Source of the DNA: Phycisphaerales bacterium
GTDB taxonomy: Bacteria > Planctomycetota > Phycisphaerae > UBA1845
Length of the DNA: 64,000 bases
NCBI GenBank assembly: GCA_013140575.1
Contig: JABFSN010000074.1
Span: forward strand, 4,431 to 68,430
Direction of reading: 5' to 3'
Below are positions 47,983 through 57,947 of the stretch, in pieces; position 1 is the first letter of the stretch, and each line of letters opens with the position of its first letter. Made by a program: the position numbers and the translations under genes. The notes under the pieces were generated by a model. The model was not told the DNA's origin, did not search any database, and saw only the letters and a list, made by a program, of their open reading frames with translations.

Positions 47983-48121
47983 GGCGGGGGATCATAACCG
48001 GGTTGGTCCTTCCACGCGCGGCCGGCGGGCCTGGACAATTACGAGCTTTACCGGTGCCAATTCTCGACCGTCCGCTTGGGCGCCACTCACCGTTTTCTTT
48101 TCATCGGTTAGGATACGCGAC

Positions 48122-50323
48122 ATGTCCGCGACCCAAACTCATCCGTCGATCCGCCCCCTCCTCAAGCAATACTGGGGCTTCGACCGCCTCCGCCCGCTGC
48201 AGGCCGAGGCGATCGATGCCGGATTGCAGCGCCGTGACTCGCTTGTGGTTATGCCCACCGGCGGCGGCAAATCGCTGTGTTACCAAGTGCCCCCGCTGCT
48301 GGCCAACCGCACCGATGTGGTCGTTTCCCCGCTCATCGCGCTCATGAAGGACCAAGTCGACGCCCTGCGCTCCAACGGTTACCCCGCCGCCGCGGTCTAC
48401 AGCGGCATGACGTCGGACGACCGACGTACCGTCGCCGCGAATGTCGCCGCCGGTCGATTGCGTCTGCTGTTCGTCTCCCCGGAACGGCTTTTAACGCCGG
48501 GATTCCTGCGTTACCTCGATGGACCCAACGTGCGGACGTTCGCCATCGACGAGGCCCACTGCATCAGCCATTGGGGACACGACTTCCGCCCCGAATACCG
48601 CCGTCTGGCCGAATTGCGCGAGCACTTCCCCGATGCCTCCCTCCACGCCTTCACCGCCACCGCCACCGAACGCGTTCGGGAGGACATCCTTCATCAACTC
48701 GGTCTGAAGGACCCGTGCGTACTGGTCGGTTCATTCGACCGACCCAATCTCGTCTACCGCGTGATCCCCCGCACGGACGTCTACAGTCAGGTCGCCGACG
48801 TCATCACCCGTCACAAGGGTCGCGCCGTCATCGTCTATTGCATCAGTCGCCGGGATACGGAAAACCTTGCGGGCGCCCTGCAATCCACCGGCTTCCGCGC
48901 CGCGTTCTATCACGCGGGCATGACTCCCGACGACCGCCGCCGAACCCAGGACGACTTCGCCCGCGAGCGAATCGACATCATCGTCGCCACCGTCGCCTTC
49001 GGCATGGGCATCGACCGCAGCGACGTGCGTTGCGTCATTCACGCGGCCATGCCCAAATCGGTCGAACACTACCAGCAGGAATCGGGCCGGGCCGGGCGCG
49101 ACGGACTGGAGGCGGAGTGCGTGCTGCTCTACTCCACGGCGGACGCCATCAAATGGGAGGGGTTGATGCGGCGCAGCGCCGAGGATGCGCGGGTGCCCGT
49201 CGATCCGGCGATGATCGACGCGATGTTGGAATTGCTCCGCCACATCCGCACCTACGCGGGCGGCATGGACTGTCGCCACGCGGCACTGGTGCGTTATTTC
49301 GGGCAGCCTTTCGACCGGTCCAACTGCGGCGCGTGCGACGTGTGTCTCGGCGAGATCGACGGGCTCGAGGACGAGACCGTCCTGGCCCAGAAAATCCTCT
49401 CCTGCGTCGCCCGCGTGGGCGAACGCTTCGGCGTCGGTCACGTCGTCGATGTGCTCAAGGGCGCCGACACCGAGCGCATCCGCCAACTCGGCCACGACCG
49501 CCTCAGCACCCATGCCCTCCTGGCGGATATGGACAAGGATCTGCTCAAACGCCGCGTCTACGACCTGCTCGATCAGCAGATGGTGGCCCGCGACGGAACC
49601 GACAAGCCCGTGCTCAAGCTCAACGCCGCCTCGTGGGACATTCTGCGCGGTCGGCGCCGCGTCATGCTCCGCAAGGTCGATGAGCGCGTCGTGCAGCACA
49701 GCCGGACGCAGGTTGATTCGTGGGAGGGCGTGGACCAGGGCATGTACGACGAATTGCGGGCCCTGCGACGCACGCTGGCCGAGGAGCAGAACGTGCCCGC
49801 CTTCGTCATCTTCAACGACGTTACGCTGCTCGACCTCGCGCGACGTCGGCCGGTCACCGTCGATCATCTTCGAACCGTGCACGGCATCGGAAAAACCAAG
49901 GCCGGCGTATTCGGTCGGCGCATCATCGCCGCGGTGCAGTCCCACTGCCGGACGCACGATCTCCTGACCGACGTTGGCGCCCTCGAGCACGCCGTCGCTC
50001 CGGCGAAGGTCCACGCGCCATCGCTTGCCGAGCGCCGGGCGTTTGAAATGTTCGCCGCCGGCGCCGCGATTGAAGAGGTGATGCACGATCTGCAACGGGC
50101 TCGCTCGACGACCATGAAATACCTCGTCGAATTCATCGCCAACCGTGCGCCCGCCTCCATCGATCGCTGGGTCGACGCCCCCACCTACGACCGCGTCCGC
50201 GCCGCCATCGAGAAGGAGCCGTCGCCCTTCCTGCGGCCGGTGTTCGAAGCCCTCGACGGCCAGGTTCCCTACGACACCCTCCGTCTCGTCGCCGCGCATC
50301 TCCGGTCCAACGCCAAATCGTAA
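48122..50323 (+). CDS. recQ: ATP-dependent DNA helicase RecQ
   Basis: MPTGGGKSLCYQ, DEAHCISHWGHDFRPEY, QESGRAGRDG, Zn-binding CRH...CGACDVC, RQC, HRDC, C-terminal HTH. Confidence 0.95.
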   Translation: MSATQTHPSIRPLLKQYWGFDRLRPLQAEAIDAGLQRRDSLVVMPTGGGKSLCYQVPPLLANRTDVVVSPLIALMKDQVDALRSNGYPAAAVYSGMTSDDRRTVAANVAAGRLRLLFVSPERLLTPGFLRYLDGPNVRTFAIDEAHCISHWGHDFRPEYRRLAELREHFPDASLHAFTATATERVREDILHQLGLKDPCVLVGSFDRPNLVYRVIPRTDVYSQVADVITRHKGRAVIVYCISRRDTENLAGALQSTGFRAAFYHAGMTPDDRRRTQDDFARERIDIIVATVAFGMGIDRSDVRCVIHAAMPKSVEHYQQESGRAGRDGLEAECVLLYSTADAIKWEGLMRRSAEDARVPVDPAMIDAMLELLRHIRTYAGGMDCRHAALVRYFGQPFDRSNCGACDVCLGEIDGLEDETVLAQKILSCVARVGERFGVGHVVDVLKGADTERIRQLGHDRLSTHALLADMDKDLLKRRVYDLLDQQMVARDGTDKPVLKLNAASWDILRGRRRVMLRKVDERVVQHSRTQVDSWEGVDQGMYDELRALRRTLAEEQNVPAFVIFNDVTLLDLARRRPVTVDHLRTVHGIGKTKAGVFGRRIIAAVQSHCRTHDLLTDVGALEHAVAPAKVHAPSLAERRAFEMFAAGAAIEEVMHDLQRARSTTMKYLVEFIANRAPASIDRWVDAPTYDRVRAAIEKEPSPFLRPVFEALDGQVPYDTLRLVAAHLRSNAKS

Positions 50324-50387
50324 CCAACGCACCTGACACCGCCCGATCGGACGCTTATGATCCGGTGCCTTCGCACCCGTTGGGCGG

Positions 50388-53300
50388 TTGAACGCATTCA
50401 TGCACGCAAGCCCATTCCGATTCCTGCTTCTTGTCGCGGGCATCCCGCTCGTCTTGATCGGATGCCGTCGCGCGGAAGCCCCGCCCCCCGGTGACGATTT
50501 CGCCACGTGCATGAATCTCGGCAAGGCGTTTATCGAGAACCGCGAATCCGCCAAGGCCGTCACATTCCTGACCCGCGCCGTCGCCCTCCAACCTCAATCG
50601 GTCGCGGCCCTTCGCAATCTCGCCCGCGCCTACCTCATCAGCAAGGAGGCCGCCCCGGCCGCCCCGGCCTTCGACGCCCTGACCCGATCGCTGGCCGTCG
50701 AGCCCGATTCGGCCGCCGGTCACTACCTGACGGGTCTGGCCCTCGTCCGTCTCGAACGCTACGCCGACGCCGTCCCGCATTTCGAATCGGCCGTGCGGCA
50801 CGATCCCGACACGGCCACGCTGCGCTATCAACTGGGCCGGGCCCTGGAACAATCCGGGCAAGCCGCCCGCGCCCACGAACAATTCACGGAAACGGTTCGC
50901 CTCGACCCGCTGCACGCGACGGCCGTCTACCGCCTGGCCGCCCACGCCCGCGAGCGCCGCGACATGGACGAGGTCCGCCGTTTGATGCTCGATTTCCAGC
51001 GCTTGATCGACCAGTTCGGCCGGCCCCCGGAACAGGCCCTCGAACAGTGCGCCCATAGCGTGCCGGAATTGCCGCCCGCGACAATCTCGCCATCCCCCGC
51101 GATTCCTGTCTTGTTCGTGGATTCGACCGCGGCGTGGAATGCCGGCCAACCGCTCGCTGCCGACGTCGCCGCGGTCATTGATGTCGACGACGCCGGTCGT
51201 CCCACGCTGTTTGTCGCCGGCGCGGACGGCGCGTATCTGTTGCGCATGTCCGACGCCGGCACGTTGGTGCGATCTGCGGTGGAATCGTCGTCGGGTTCGT
51301 TGGCCGGATTCACCGATTGCATCGCCGGCGATTTCTTCATTAAGGTCACCACGCGCAACAAATCGACCGCCAAGCATGACGCGCTCGCCGACGTGTTTCT
51401 GGTCGGACCGTCCGGATGCCGCTTGCTCGAACGCGTCGACGGGGCCACGTTTCGTGACCGCACCGCCCACGCCGGTCTGGCCGACGTCACCGGTCATCGC
51501 GCGGCCTGGATCGACTACGATCACGATGGCGACCTCGATCTGTTCATTGCCGGCGACCGCGGCGTACGCGTCTGGCAGAACAGCGGACAATTCGATGACC
51601 TCGCCGTCGAACCGCCGCCGGACGGAAAACCCGCGCCGCCGTTATTCACGGACGTTACCGAGTCCATCGGCATCATCCCCGGCTCGCCCGCGACCGATGT
51701 GGCCTCCATCGAACTGGACAACAACGTGGCCATCGACGCCGTCGTTGCCCGCGGCGGCGATCCGACGACCGTTCACGTAAACCAGCGCGCCGGTCGATTC
51801 GCCCCGCAGCCCGAACCGCCCGGACCGTGGCCGTCGGCTCACCGCATCGTCGTTGACGACATGAACAACGACGGTTGGTACGACATCGTCCTGACGAATC
51901 CCGATCACCTGTTGGTGATGCTGGGGCACGGCGCTGGCCAACATCGTCTTGAATCGTCCGGCGGCGCCGCGATCGGCACCGCGTTGTTGGACTACGATAA
52001 CGACGGCGGGCTCGACATTTTGACGTTTGGCGGCGCCGGCGCGATTCACCTATGGCGGAACGGCGTACACGACTGGACGGACGTCACCCAATCGACGGGT
52101 CTGACCCACATGGACGCCGGCGGCATCCGCGAAATCATCCCGGCCGACTACGACGGCGACGGCGACGACGATCTCGCCTTGATTCCCGACCAAGGACGCC
52201 TGCGTTTCCTCCGCAACGACGGCGGGCACGTCAACGGCCGGCTGAAAATCGATCTCGTATCCATCCTGACCAACCCCAGCGGCATCGGCACGCGCGTCGA
52301 GGTTCGCGGCGGCCCGTTCTGGGTGACACGCCATGTCACTAAACCGTTCCTCGACGTCGGTCTTGCCGGCCGCGACCGGCTCGACGCGGTCCTCACCGTC
52401 TGGACCAACGGCGTGACCGACAACGAAACGTCCGTCGCGCCCGGACCGAAACCGCTGACCATCATCGAAAAAATCGTCGAGGCCGGCAGTTGCCCGTTCC
52501 TCCTCGCCCGGGACGGCGACGGCTACCGCTTCGTCACCGACATCCTCGGCAACGCCCCGCTGGGCTTGTCGCTGACCCGCGACGTCTTCCTGCCCGCCGA
52601 TCCCGACGAATTCGCGTTCGTCGGCGACGCGGACAACGTGAAACCCCGCGATGGCGATTACGAATTACAGGTCACCGAAGCCTATCGCGAAGTGCTATAC
52701 CTTGACACCGTCGAAATGGTCGCCGTCGATCATCCCCCGGACACGGAAGTTCATCCATCCGACAAGATCCGGCCGCCGCCGTTTCCGCCGTCGCACCTAT
52801 GGCAGCTTCGTAACCTGCAACCGCCCACCCGCGTCCTCGGCAGCGACGGCATCGACCGCACCGCCGCCGTTCAGCAGCTCGACGGCTCGTTCGCCCCCCC
52901 GCCCGATCCGCTTCCCCCGCCGTATCGCGGCATGGGCCAACCGCTGGTGTTGACCATGGATTTCGGCGCATCCGATTCCCAACCGCTCGACGTCACCCGC
53001 CCGCTGGTGTTGGCATTGACCGGCTGGCTCCGCTACGGCAACGCCAGCGTCAACATCGCCATGTCGCAGAACGAATCGCTGTCCATCATCCCGCCGGTGC
53101 TCGAGGTCGAAACCGGTGACAACCGCTGGCAACCGGTTAATTGCGTCGTCGGCATGCCTGCCGGCAAAACCAAAACCATCGTGGTCGATCTCCGCGGCAA
53201 ACTACCGGACGGCGCCCGCAAGCTGCGCCTGACCACCACTTTCGAACTCCGGTGGGACCGCATCGCCCTCGCCGACGGCGAGCCTATCGAGGAACAACGT

Positions 53301-53924
53301 CTGATCCCGTTGCCGTTGACCTCGGCCGACCTCGACTGGCGCGGCTACCCCCACATGGCCGCCCGCGCCCCCGATCACCCCATCACTCCCGATTATTCCG
53401 TTATCACCGACCTTCCCCGCTGGCGAACCCAACCCCAGGGCTGGTGTACGCGCTACGGCGACATCCGCGAATTGCTGACCGATCGCGACCAACAAATGGC
53501 CATCATCAACGCCGGCGACGCCGTCACCCTCCGCTTCGCCGCCGACAACCTCACCGCGCTCGACCCCGGCCGCACGCGATCCTTCTTCTTTTATTCCGTC
53601 GGCTGGAACAAGGACGCCGACTACAACGTGGTCGACGGCGACCGCGTCCCACCATTCCCCACCGACGATTTTGTAGGGTGGGCACCGCCCACCAACGCCC
53701 ATCGCGCGCCGTCCGACGAGTCCGGCGACGCTCCGCATTCCCCCTCCTCAAACAAAGGTAGGGTGGGCAATGCCCACCCCACCTTCCCGGGCGACCTCTC
53801 GCCGAGCAGCGCATCCAAACTCGACGATCTCGTCGATCCATTCAATTATGTCGCCCCCGACGACTGGCGGCTGCGCTACAACACCCGTTGGATCCCACTC
53901 GACGCAGTCGCCGGTCGCCGTTGA
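50388..53924 (+). CDS. TPR + FG-GAP + ASPIC/UnbV lipoprotein
   Basis: Lipobox LIGC, N-terminal TPRs, DYDHDGDLDL repeats, GIGTRVEV, GSCPFL, GMPAGKTK, GWNKDAD, YNTRW. Confidence 0.85.
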   Translation: MNAFMHASPFRFLLLVAGIPLVLIGCRRAEAPPPGDDFATCMNLGKAFIENRESAKAVTFLTRAVALQPQSVAALRNLARAYLISKEAAPAAPAFDALTRSLAVEPDSAAGHYLTGLALVRLERYADAVPHFESAVRHDPDTATLRYQLGRALEQSGQAARAHEQFTETVRLDPLHATAVYRLAAHARERRDMDEVRRLMLDFQRLIDQFGRPPEQALEQCAHSVPELPPATISPSPAIPVLFVDSTAAWNAGQPLAADVAAVIDVDDAGRPTLFVAGADGAYLLRMSDAGTLVRSAVESSSGSLAGFTDCIAGDFFIKVTTRNKSTAKHDALADVFLVGPSGCRLLERVDGATFRDRTAHAGLADVTGHRAAWIDYDHDGDLDLFIAGDRGVRVWQNSGQFDDLAVEPPPDGKPAPPLFTDVTESIGIIPGSPATDVASIELDNNVAIDAVVARGGDPTTVHVNQRAGRFAPQPEPPGPWPSAHRIVVDDMNNDGWYDIVLTNPDHLLVMLGHGAGQHRLESSGGAAIGTALLDYDNDGGLDILTFGGAGAIHLWRNGVHDWTDVTQSTGLTHMDAGGIREIIPADYDGDGDDDLALIPDQGRLRFLRNDGGHVNGRLKIDLVSILTNPSGIGTRVEVRGGPFWVTRHVTKPFLDVGLAGRDRLDAVLTVWTNGVTDNETSVAPGPKPLTIIEKIVEAGSCPFLLARDGDGYRFVTDILGNAPLGLSLTRDVFLPADPDEFAFVGDADNVKPRDGDYELQVTEAYREVLYLDTVEMVAVDHPPDTEVHPSDKIRPPPFPPSHLWQLRNLQPPTRVLGSDGIDRTAAVQQLDGSFAPPPDPLPPPYRGMGQPLVLTMDFGASDSQPLDVTRPLVLALTGWLRYGNASVNIAMSQNESLSIIPPVLEVETGDNRWQPVNCVVGMPAGKTKTIVVDLRGKLPDGARKLRLTTTFELRWDRIALADGEPIEEQRLIPLPLTSADLDWRGYPHMAARAPDHPITPDYSVITDLPRWRTQPQGWCTRYGDIRELLTDRDQQMAIINAGDAVTLRFAADNLTALDPGRTRSFFFYSVGWNKDADYNVVDGDRVPPFPTDDFVGWAPPTNAHRAPSDESGDAPHSPSSNKGRVGNAHPTFPGDLSPSSASKLDDLVDPFNYVAPDDWRLRYNTRWIPLDAVAGRR
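53673..53783 (+). repeat. Two GTAG-type REP-like palindromes inside a coding sequence
   Basis: GTAGGGTGGGCACCGCCCACC (53673) and GTAGGGTGGGCAATGCCCACCCCAC (53758). Confidence 0.7.
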
Positions 53925-54046
53925 TTCCGCGCGATCCATAAACCGGCCGCCGCGAATCCCTCGCCTCCGCTCGCGTCCGATCCCAATCTGCGTTAACCTG
54001 CGCAATTCGTGGATCAAGCTTCTGATCGCGTGAATACGGGATTTCC

Positions 54047-55849
54047 ATGACTGACCAACGGCTCATTCGTAATTTCGGCATCATCGCCCACATCGACCAC
54101 GGCAAGAGCACGTTGGCCGATCGCATCCTCGAGCGCTCCGGGGCCATCTCCAAACGCGAGATGCGCGAGCAGTTCCTCGACGACATGGACCTCGAACGCG
54201 AGATGGGCATCACCATCAAGGCCAACCGCGCCACCGTTCGTCACGTCCACAAGGGCGAAGAATACATGCTCAACCTCATCGACACCCCCGGGCACGTCGA
54301 CTTCCATTACGAAGTGTCGCGGGCCATGGCCGCCTGCGAGGGCGTGCTGTTGCTGGTCGACGCGTCGCAGGGCGTGCAGGCCCAGACCGTGGCCAACGCC
54401 TACATCGCCACGGACGCCAATCTCGAAATCATCCCGGTCATCAACAAGATCGACATCCTCGGCGCCCATCCCGACGAAGTCGCCCTTGAGGTCGAACAGG
54501 TGCTGGGGCTGGCGGCCGACGAGGCCCTCTTCGTATCCGGCAAGACCGGCCAGGGCATAGACGAATTGTTCGCGGCCATCTGCGAACGCATCCCCGCGCC
54601 CGGGGGCGATCGCGCCGCGCCGCTCCGCGCTCTGATCTACGACGCCAAATCCGATCCGCACCGCGGCATCATCTGCCACGTACGGATGGTCGACGGTTGC
54701 ATCAAACGCGGCGACGCCATCCACATGATGCGCGGGGGCAGCGACCAGATCGTCACCGAGGTCGGCAAATGCACCCCCAAACCCACGCCCATGCCCGACC
54801 TCTCCGCCGGCGAGGTGGGCTACGTGTTGGCCGGTATCAAGACGTTGGCCGACGTCAACATCGGCGACACCATCACCCACGAAAAGCACGGCGCCACCGA
54901 TCCCCTGCCGGGCTACAAAACCCCCCAGCAGATGGTCTACTGCGATTTCTATCCCGGTCCGGGCACCACCACGCAGGGGCTGCGCGAGGCCATGGAACGG
55001 TTGTGGCTGAACGACAGCTCCTTCACCTACGGGCCGACGTCGTCCGACGCGCTCGGCGTGGGGTTCCGCTGCGGGTTCCTCGGCCTGTTGCACATGAAGA
55101 TCATTCAGGAACGTCTGGAACGCGAAAGCGACGTCTCCCTGGTGCAGACCGCCCCCACGGTCACGTACGAGATCGTGCTCCGCACCGGCGAGGTGGTGAC
55201 CATACTGTCGCCCAGTCAGATGCCCGACCCGTCGCACATCGAGGAGATCCGCGAGCCCTTCTGCCGGGCGAGCGTCATTATCCCCGTCGATTGCGTCGGC
55301 ACGCTGATGACCCTCGCTTTGGAACGGCGCGGCACACAGACCGGCACGGAATATCTTTCCAAGACCCGGGTCATGCTGCGTTTCGAATTCCCCCTCGGCG
55401 AGATCATTTACGATTTCTACGACAAGTTGAAGAGCATCACCCGCGGCTACGGCACCGTCGATTACGAAGTCACCGGTTTCCGCGCCGGGCAACTCGTCAA
55501 GATGGACATCCTGGTCAACGCCGTCCCCGTCGACGCCCTGTCCATCATCGTCCACCGCGACAAGGCTCTGTTCCGCGGCCGCCGCCTCGTCTCCCGCCTG
55601 CGCAAGGAGATCGAGCGCCACCAGTTCGAAATCCCCATTCAGGCCGCCATCGGCGGAAAAATCATCGCCCGCGAGACCATCAAGGGATTCCGCAAGAACG
55701 TGACCGCGAAGTGCTATGGCGGCGACGTCACCCGCAAACGCAAGCTGCTCGAAAAGCAGAAGGAAGGCAAAAAGCGCATGAAACAGGTCGGCATGGTCTC
55801 CATTCCCCAGGAAGCCTTCATGGCCGTCCTCGACCCCGGCGACGATTGA
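54047..55849 (+). CDS. lepA: Elongation factor 4
   Basis: IRNFGIIAHIDHGKSTLADR, DTPGHVDF, GFRCGFLGLLH, KCYGGDVTRKRKLLEKQKEGK. Confidence 0.97.
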   Translation: MTDQRLIRNFGIIAHIDHGKSTLADRILERSGAISKREMREQFLDDMDLEREMGITIKANRATVRHVHKGEEYMLNLIDTPGHVDFHYEVSRAMAACEGVLLLVDASQGVQAQTVANAYIATDANLEIIPVINKIDILGAHPDEVALEVEQVLGLAADEALFVSGKTGQGIDELFAAICERIPAPGGDRAAPLRALIYDAKSDPHRGIICHVRMVDGCIKRGDAIHMMRGGSDQIVTEVGKCTPKPTPMPDLSAGEVGYVLAGIKTLADVNIGDTITHEKHGATDPLPGYKTPQQMVYCDFYPGPGTTTQGLREAMERLWLNDSSFTYGPTSSDALGVGFRCGFLGLLHMKIIQERLERESDVSLVQTAPTVTYEIVLRTGEVVTILSPSQMPDPSHIEEIREPFCRASVIIPVDCVGTLMTLALERRGTQTGTEYLSKTRVMLRFEFPLGEIIYDFYDKLKSITRGYGTVDYEVTGFRAGQLVKMDILVNAVPVDALSIIVHRDKALFRGRRLVSRLRKEIERHQFEIPIQAAIGGKIIARETIKGFRKNVTAKCYGGDVTRKRKLLEKQKEGKKRMKQVGMVSIPQEAFMAVLDPGDD

Positions 55850-55980
55850 TCCTGCGCCGCCGACCATGCGCGGGCGTCTGCGATCGGACTCGCAGGCGGC
55901 GACCAGCGCGATGCGATTACCTCACCAATCCGCCGACTCGCCCGGCGAACGGCGGCGGCGATCGTTTCGACTTCGATGTC

Positions 55981-57234
55981 CTAGATCAGCACCTTCCGCA
56001 GCCGTTCCAGCGCCCAGTCAATCTCTTCGCGCGTGATGCACAGCGGCGGGGCCAAACGCATGGTCTGTTCGTGGGTGTCCTTGCACAACATGCCCAGGTC
56101 TTTCAGGCGCGTGCAGTACTCGCGGGCCTTGCCGGCCGTCACATGGAATTCGATGCCCACCCACAATCCCCGGCCGCGAATCTGCTTGACCTTGTCGGTG
56201 TTGATGGCCCGCAATTGCTTCAGCAGGTATTCACCCTGCTCGCGGGCGTTGTCCTGGTATTGGTTGGTCTTCAGCAACGCGATCACGCGGCGGGCGATGG
56301 CACAGGCCAGCGGGTTCCCGCCGAACGTGCTGCCGTGGTCGCCGGGGCTGAACACGCCGAGGATGTCCCTTGTCGAAACGACGGCCGACACGGGCATGAT
56401 GCCCCCGCCAAGCGCTTTGCCGAGAATGTACATATCCGGCTTCACGCCTTCATGCTCGCACGCAAACGTGAAACCCGTTCGGCCCAGACCCGACTGAATC
56501 TCGTCGGCGATGAAAAGCACCCGGTTCTCGCAGCACAACGTCCGCGCGTGGCGCAGGAAGCCGTCCGGCGGAACGATGATGCCGGCCTCGCCCTGAATCG
56601 GCTCGACCAAAAACGCGGCCGTGTGCTCGTCGATCGACCGCCGCAGGGCCTCGATGTTGCCGTACGGGATGATCTCGAACCCCGGGGTGAACGGGCCGAA
56701 ACCGCTGCGGCATTGCGGGTCGGTGCTGAAACTAATGATGGTCGTCGTCCGCCCGTGGAAATTGTCGGCGCACACGATGATCTTCGCTCGGCCGGACGGA
56801 ATGCCCTTCCGCGTGTAGCCCCACTTGCGGGCGGTCTTGATGGCCGTCTCGACGCCTTCGGCCCCGGTGTTCATGGGCAGGACCATCTCCATGCCGCACA
56901 GGTCGGCCAGGTCGCGGCAGAACGGTCCCAGTTGGTCGTTGTGGAACGCCCGCGACGTCAGCGTCACGCGGTCCATCTGCGACTTGGCGGCCGCGATCAA
57001 CTCCGGATGGCAGTGGCCGAAATTGACCGCCGAATACGCGGCCAGCATGTCCATGTAACGATTGCCGTCGGCGTCCTCGACCCACACGCCGTCGGCGGAG
57101 GACACCACTACCGGCAATGGGTGATAGTTGTGCGCCCCATAGGTCTCGACCAGATCGATGTGGGCCGCACCGTTCGTGTCCGCGGCGTGGTCCATCGTTT
57201 CGGTGTTGCAGGTTTCCTCGGCCTGTAGCGTCAT
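55981..57234 (-). CDS. rocD: Ornithine--oxo-acid aminotransferase
   Basis: GAHNYHPLPVV, AAYSAVNFGHCHP, PMNTGAEGVETA, EPIQGEAG, DEIQSGLGRTG, GKALGGG, HGSTFGGNPL. Confidence 0.95.
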   Translation of the reverse strand: MTLQAEETCNTETMDHAADTNGAAHIDLVETYGAHNYHPLPVVVSSADGVWVEDADGNRYMDMLAAYSAVNFGHCHPELIAAAKSQMDRVTLTSRAFHNDQLGPFCRDLADLCGMEMVLPMNTGAEGVETAIKTARKWGYTRKGIPSGRAKIIVCADNFHGRTTTIISFSTDPQCRSGFGPFTPGFEIIPYGNIEALRRSIDEHTAAFLVEPIQGEAGIIVPPDGFLRHARTLCCENRVLFIADEIQSGLGRTGFTFACEHEGVKPDMYILGKALGGGIMPVSAVVSTRDILGVFSPGDHGSTFGGNPLACAIARRVIALLKTNQYQDNAREQGEYLLKQLRAINTDKVKQIRGRGLWVGIEFHVTAGKAREYCTRLKDLGMLCKDTHEQTMRLAPPLCITREEIDWALERLRKVLI

Positions 57235-57514
57235 AACGTCACCCCTTGTTTCATACGACCCGATCGCGCTCGGTCGCCGGCGCGGCCTCGGGAACTCCGT
57301 TCAGGCGATTTCGCACATTTTGTTCGATAGCCGGATGATAATCCATTATCGGGCCGGCGTTCAAGCCGACGGTCCGGTACCCGCTGGGTACGCCCCCGGC
57401 CGATCGCCGTCCGACAGTCTCCGCGATAGTCATCGGCACTACGGACGGTTCCGGTCGAGCCGATCCGCGCCATGATCCGACCCAATCCAGTGGTCCGGCG
57501 CACGTTTTTTTCGG

Positions 57515-57787
57515 GTGGCATGGGCAAGCGTACTCGCTTGCCCGTGTTTTCAGCCGTCGGCGCCTTCGCTGGGTGTCATCGCGAACGTCCGTGGCGCATG
57601 GACAACGGAGTACGGTTGTACGTGATTAGCGTCCGCCATCGCCATTCAGAGCACCGGGCGCGAGCCCGGTGTCGGTTGGACGATGGTGCGGCGACGGATC
57701 GCACACCGGGTCGTCGTCCGTGGGCTTGCGCCCACGGCTCTGATGTCGCGTTTCGCACGCTAATCACGTACGTACCGTTGTCCATGC
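57515..57787. repeat. Nested REP-like cluster
   Basis: Outer inverted arms 57596-57632 / 57757-57787 enclose the TCAGA-family doublet 57646-57671 / 57718-57743; additional hairpin gtggcatgggcaagc...gcttgcccgtg at 57515. Confidence 0.75.
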
Positions 57788-57947
57788 CGCTCGACCCGCA
57801 ACGGTGCCCGCGACGGACCGCCAGCCCGCGGGTCCGCCGGCCGGACGACGGGGGTCTCGTCGGGCCGCTGGAGTTGTTTGACGACCATTGAATCTGGTAG
57901 AATGCCGCGAGCCGGCCGCAGGATGGGGTTCTAAAAAAGGGTGGGTC

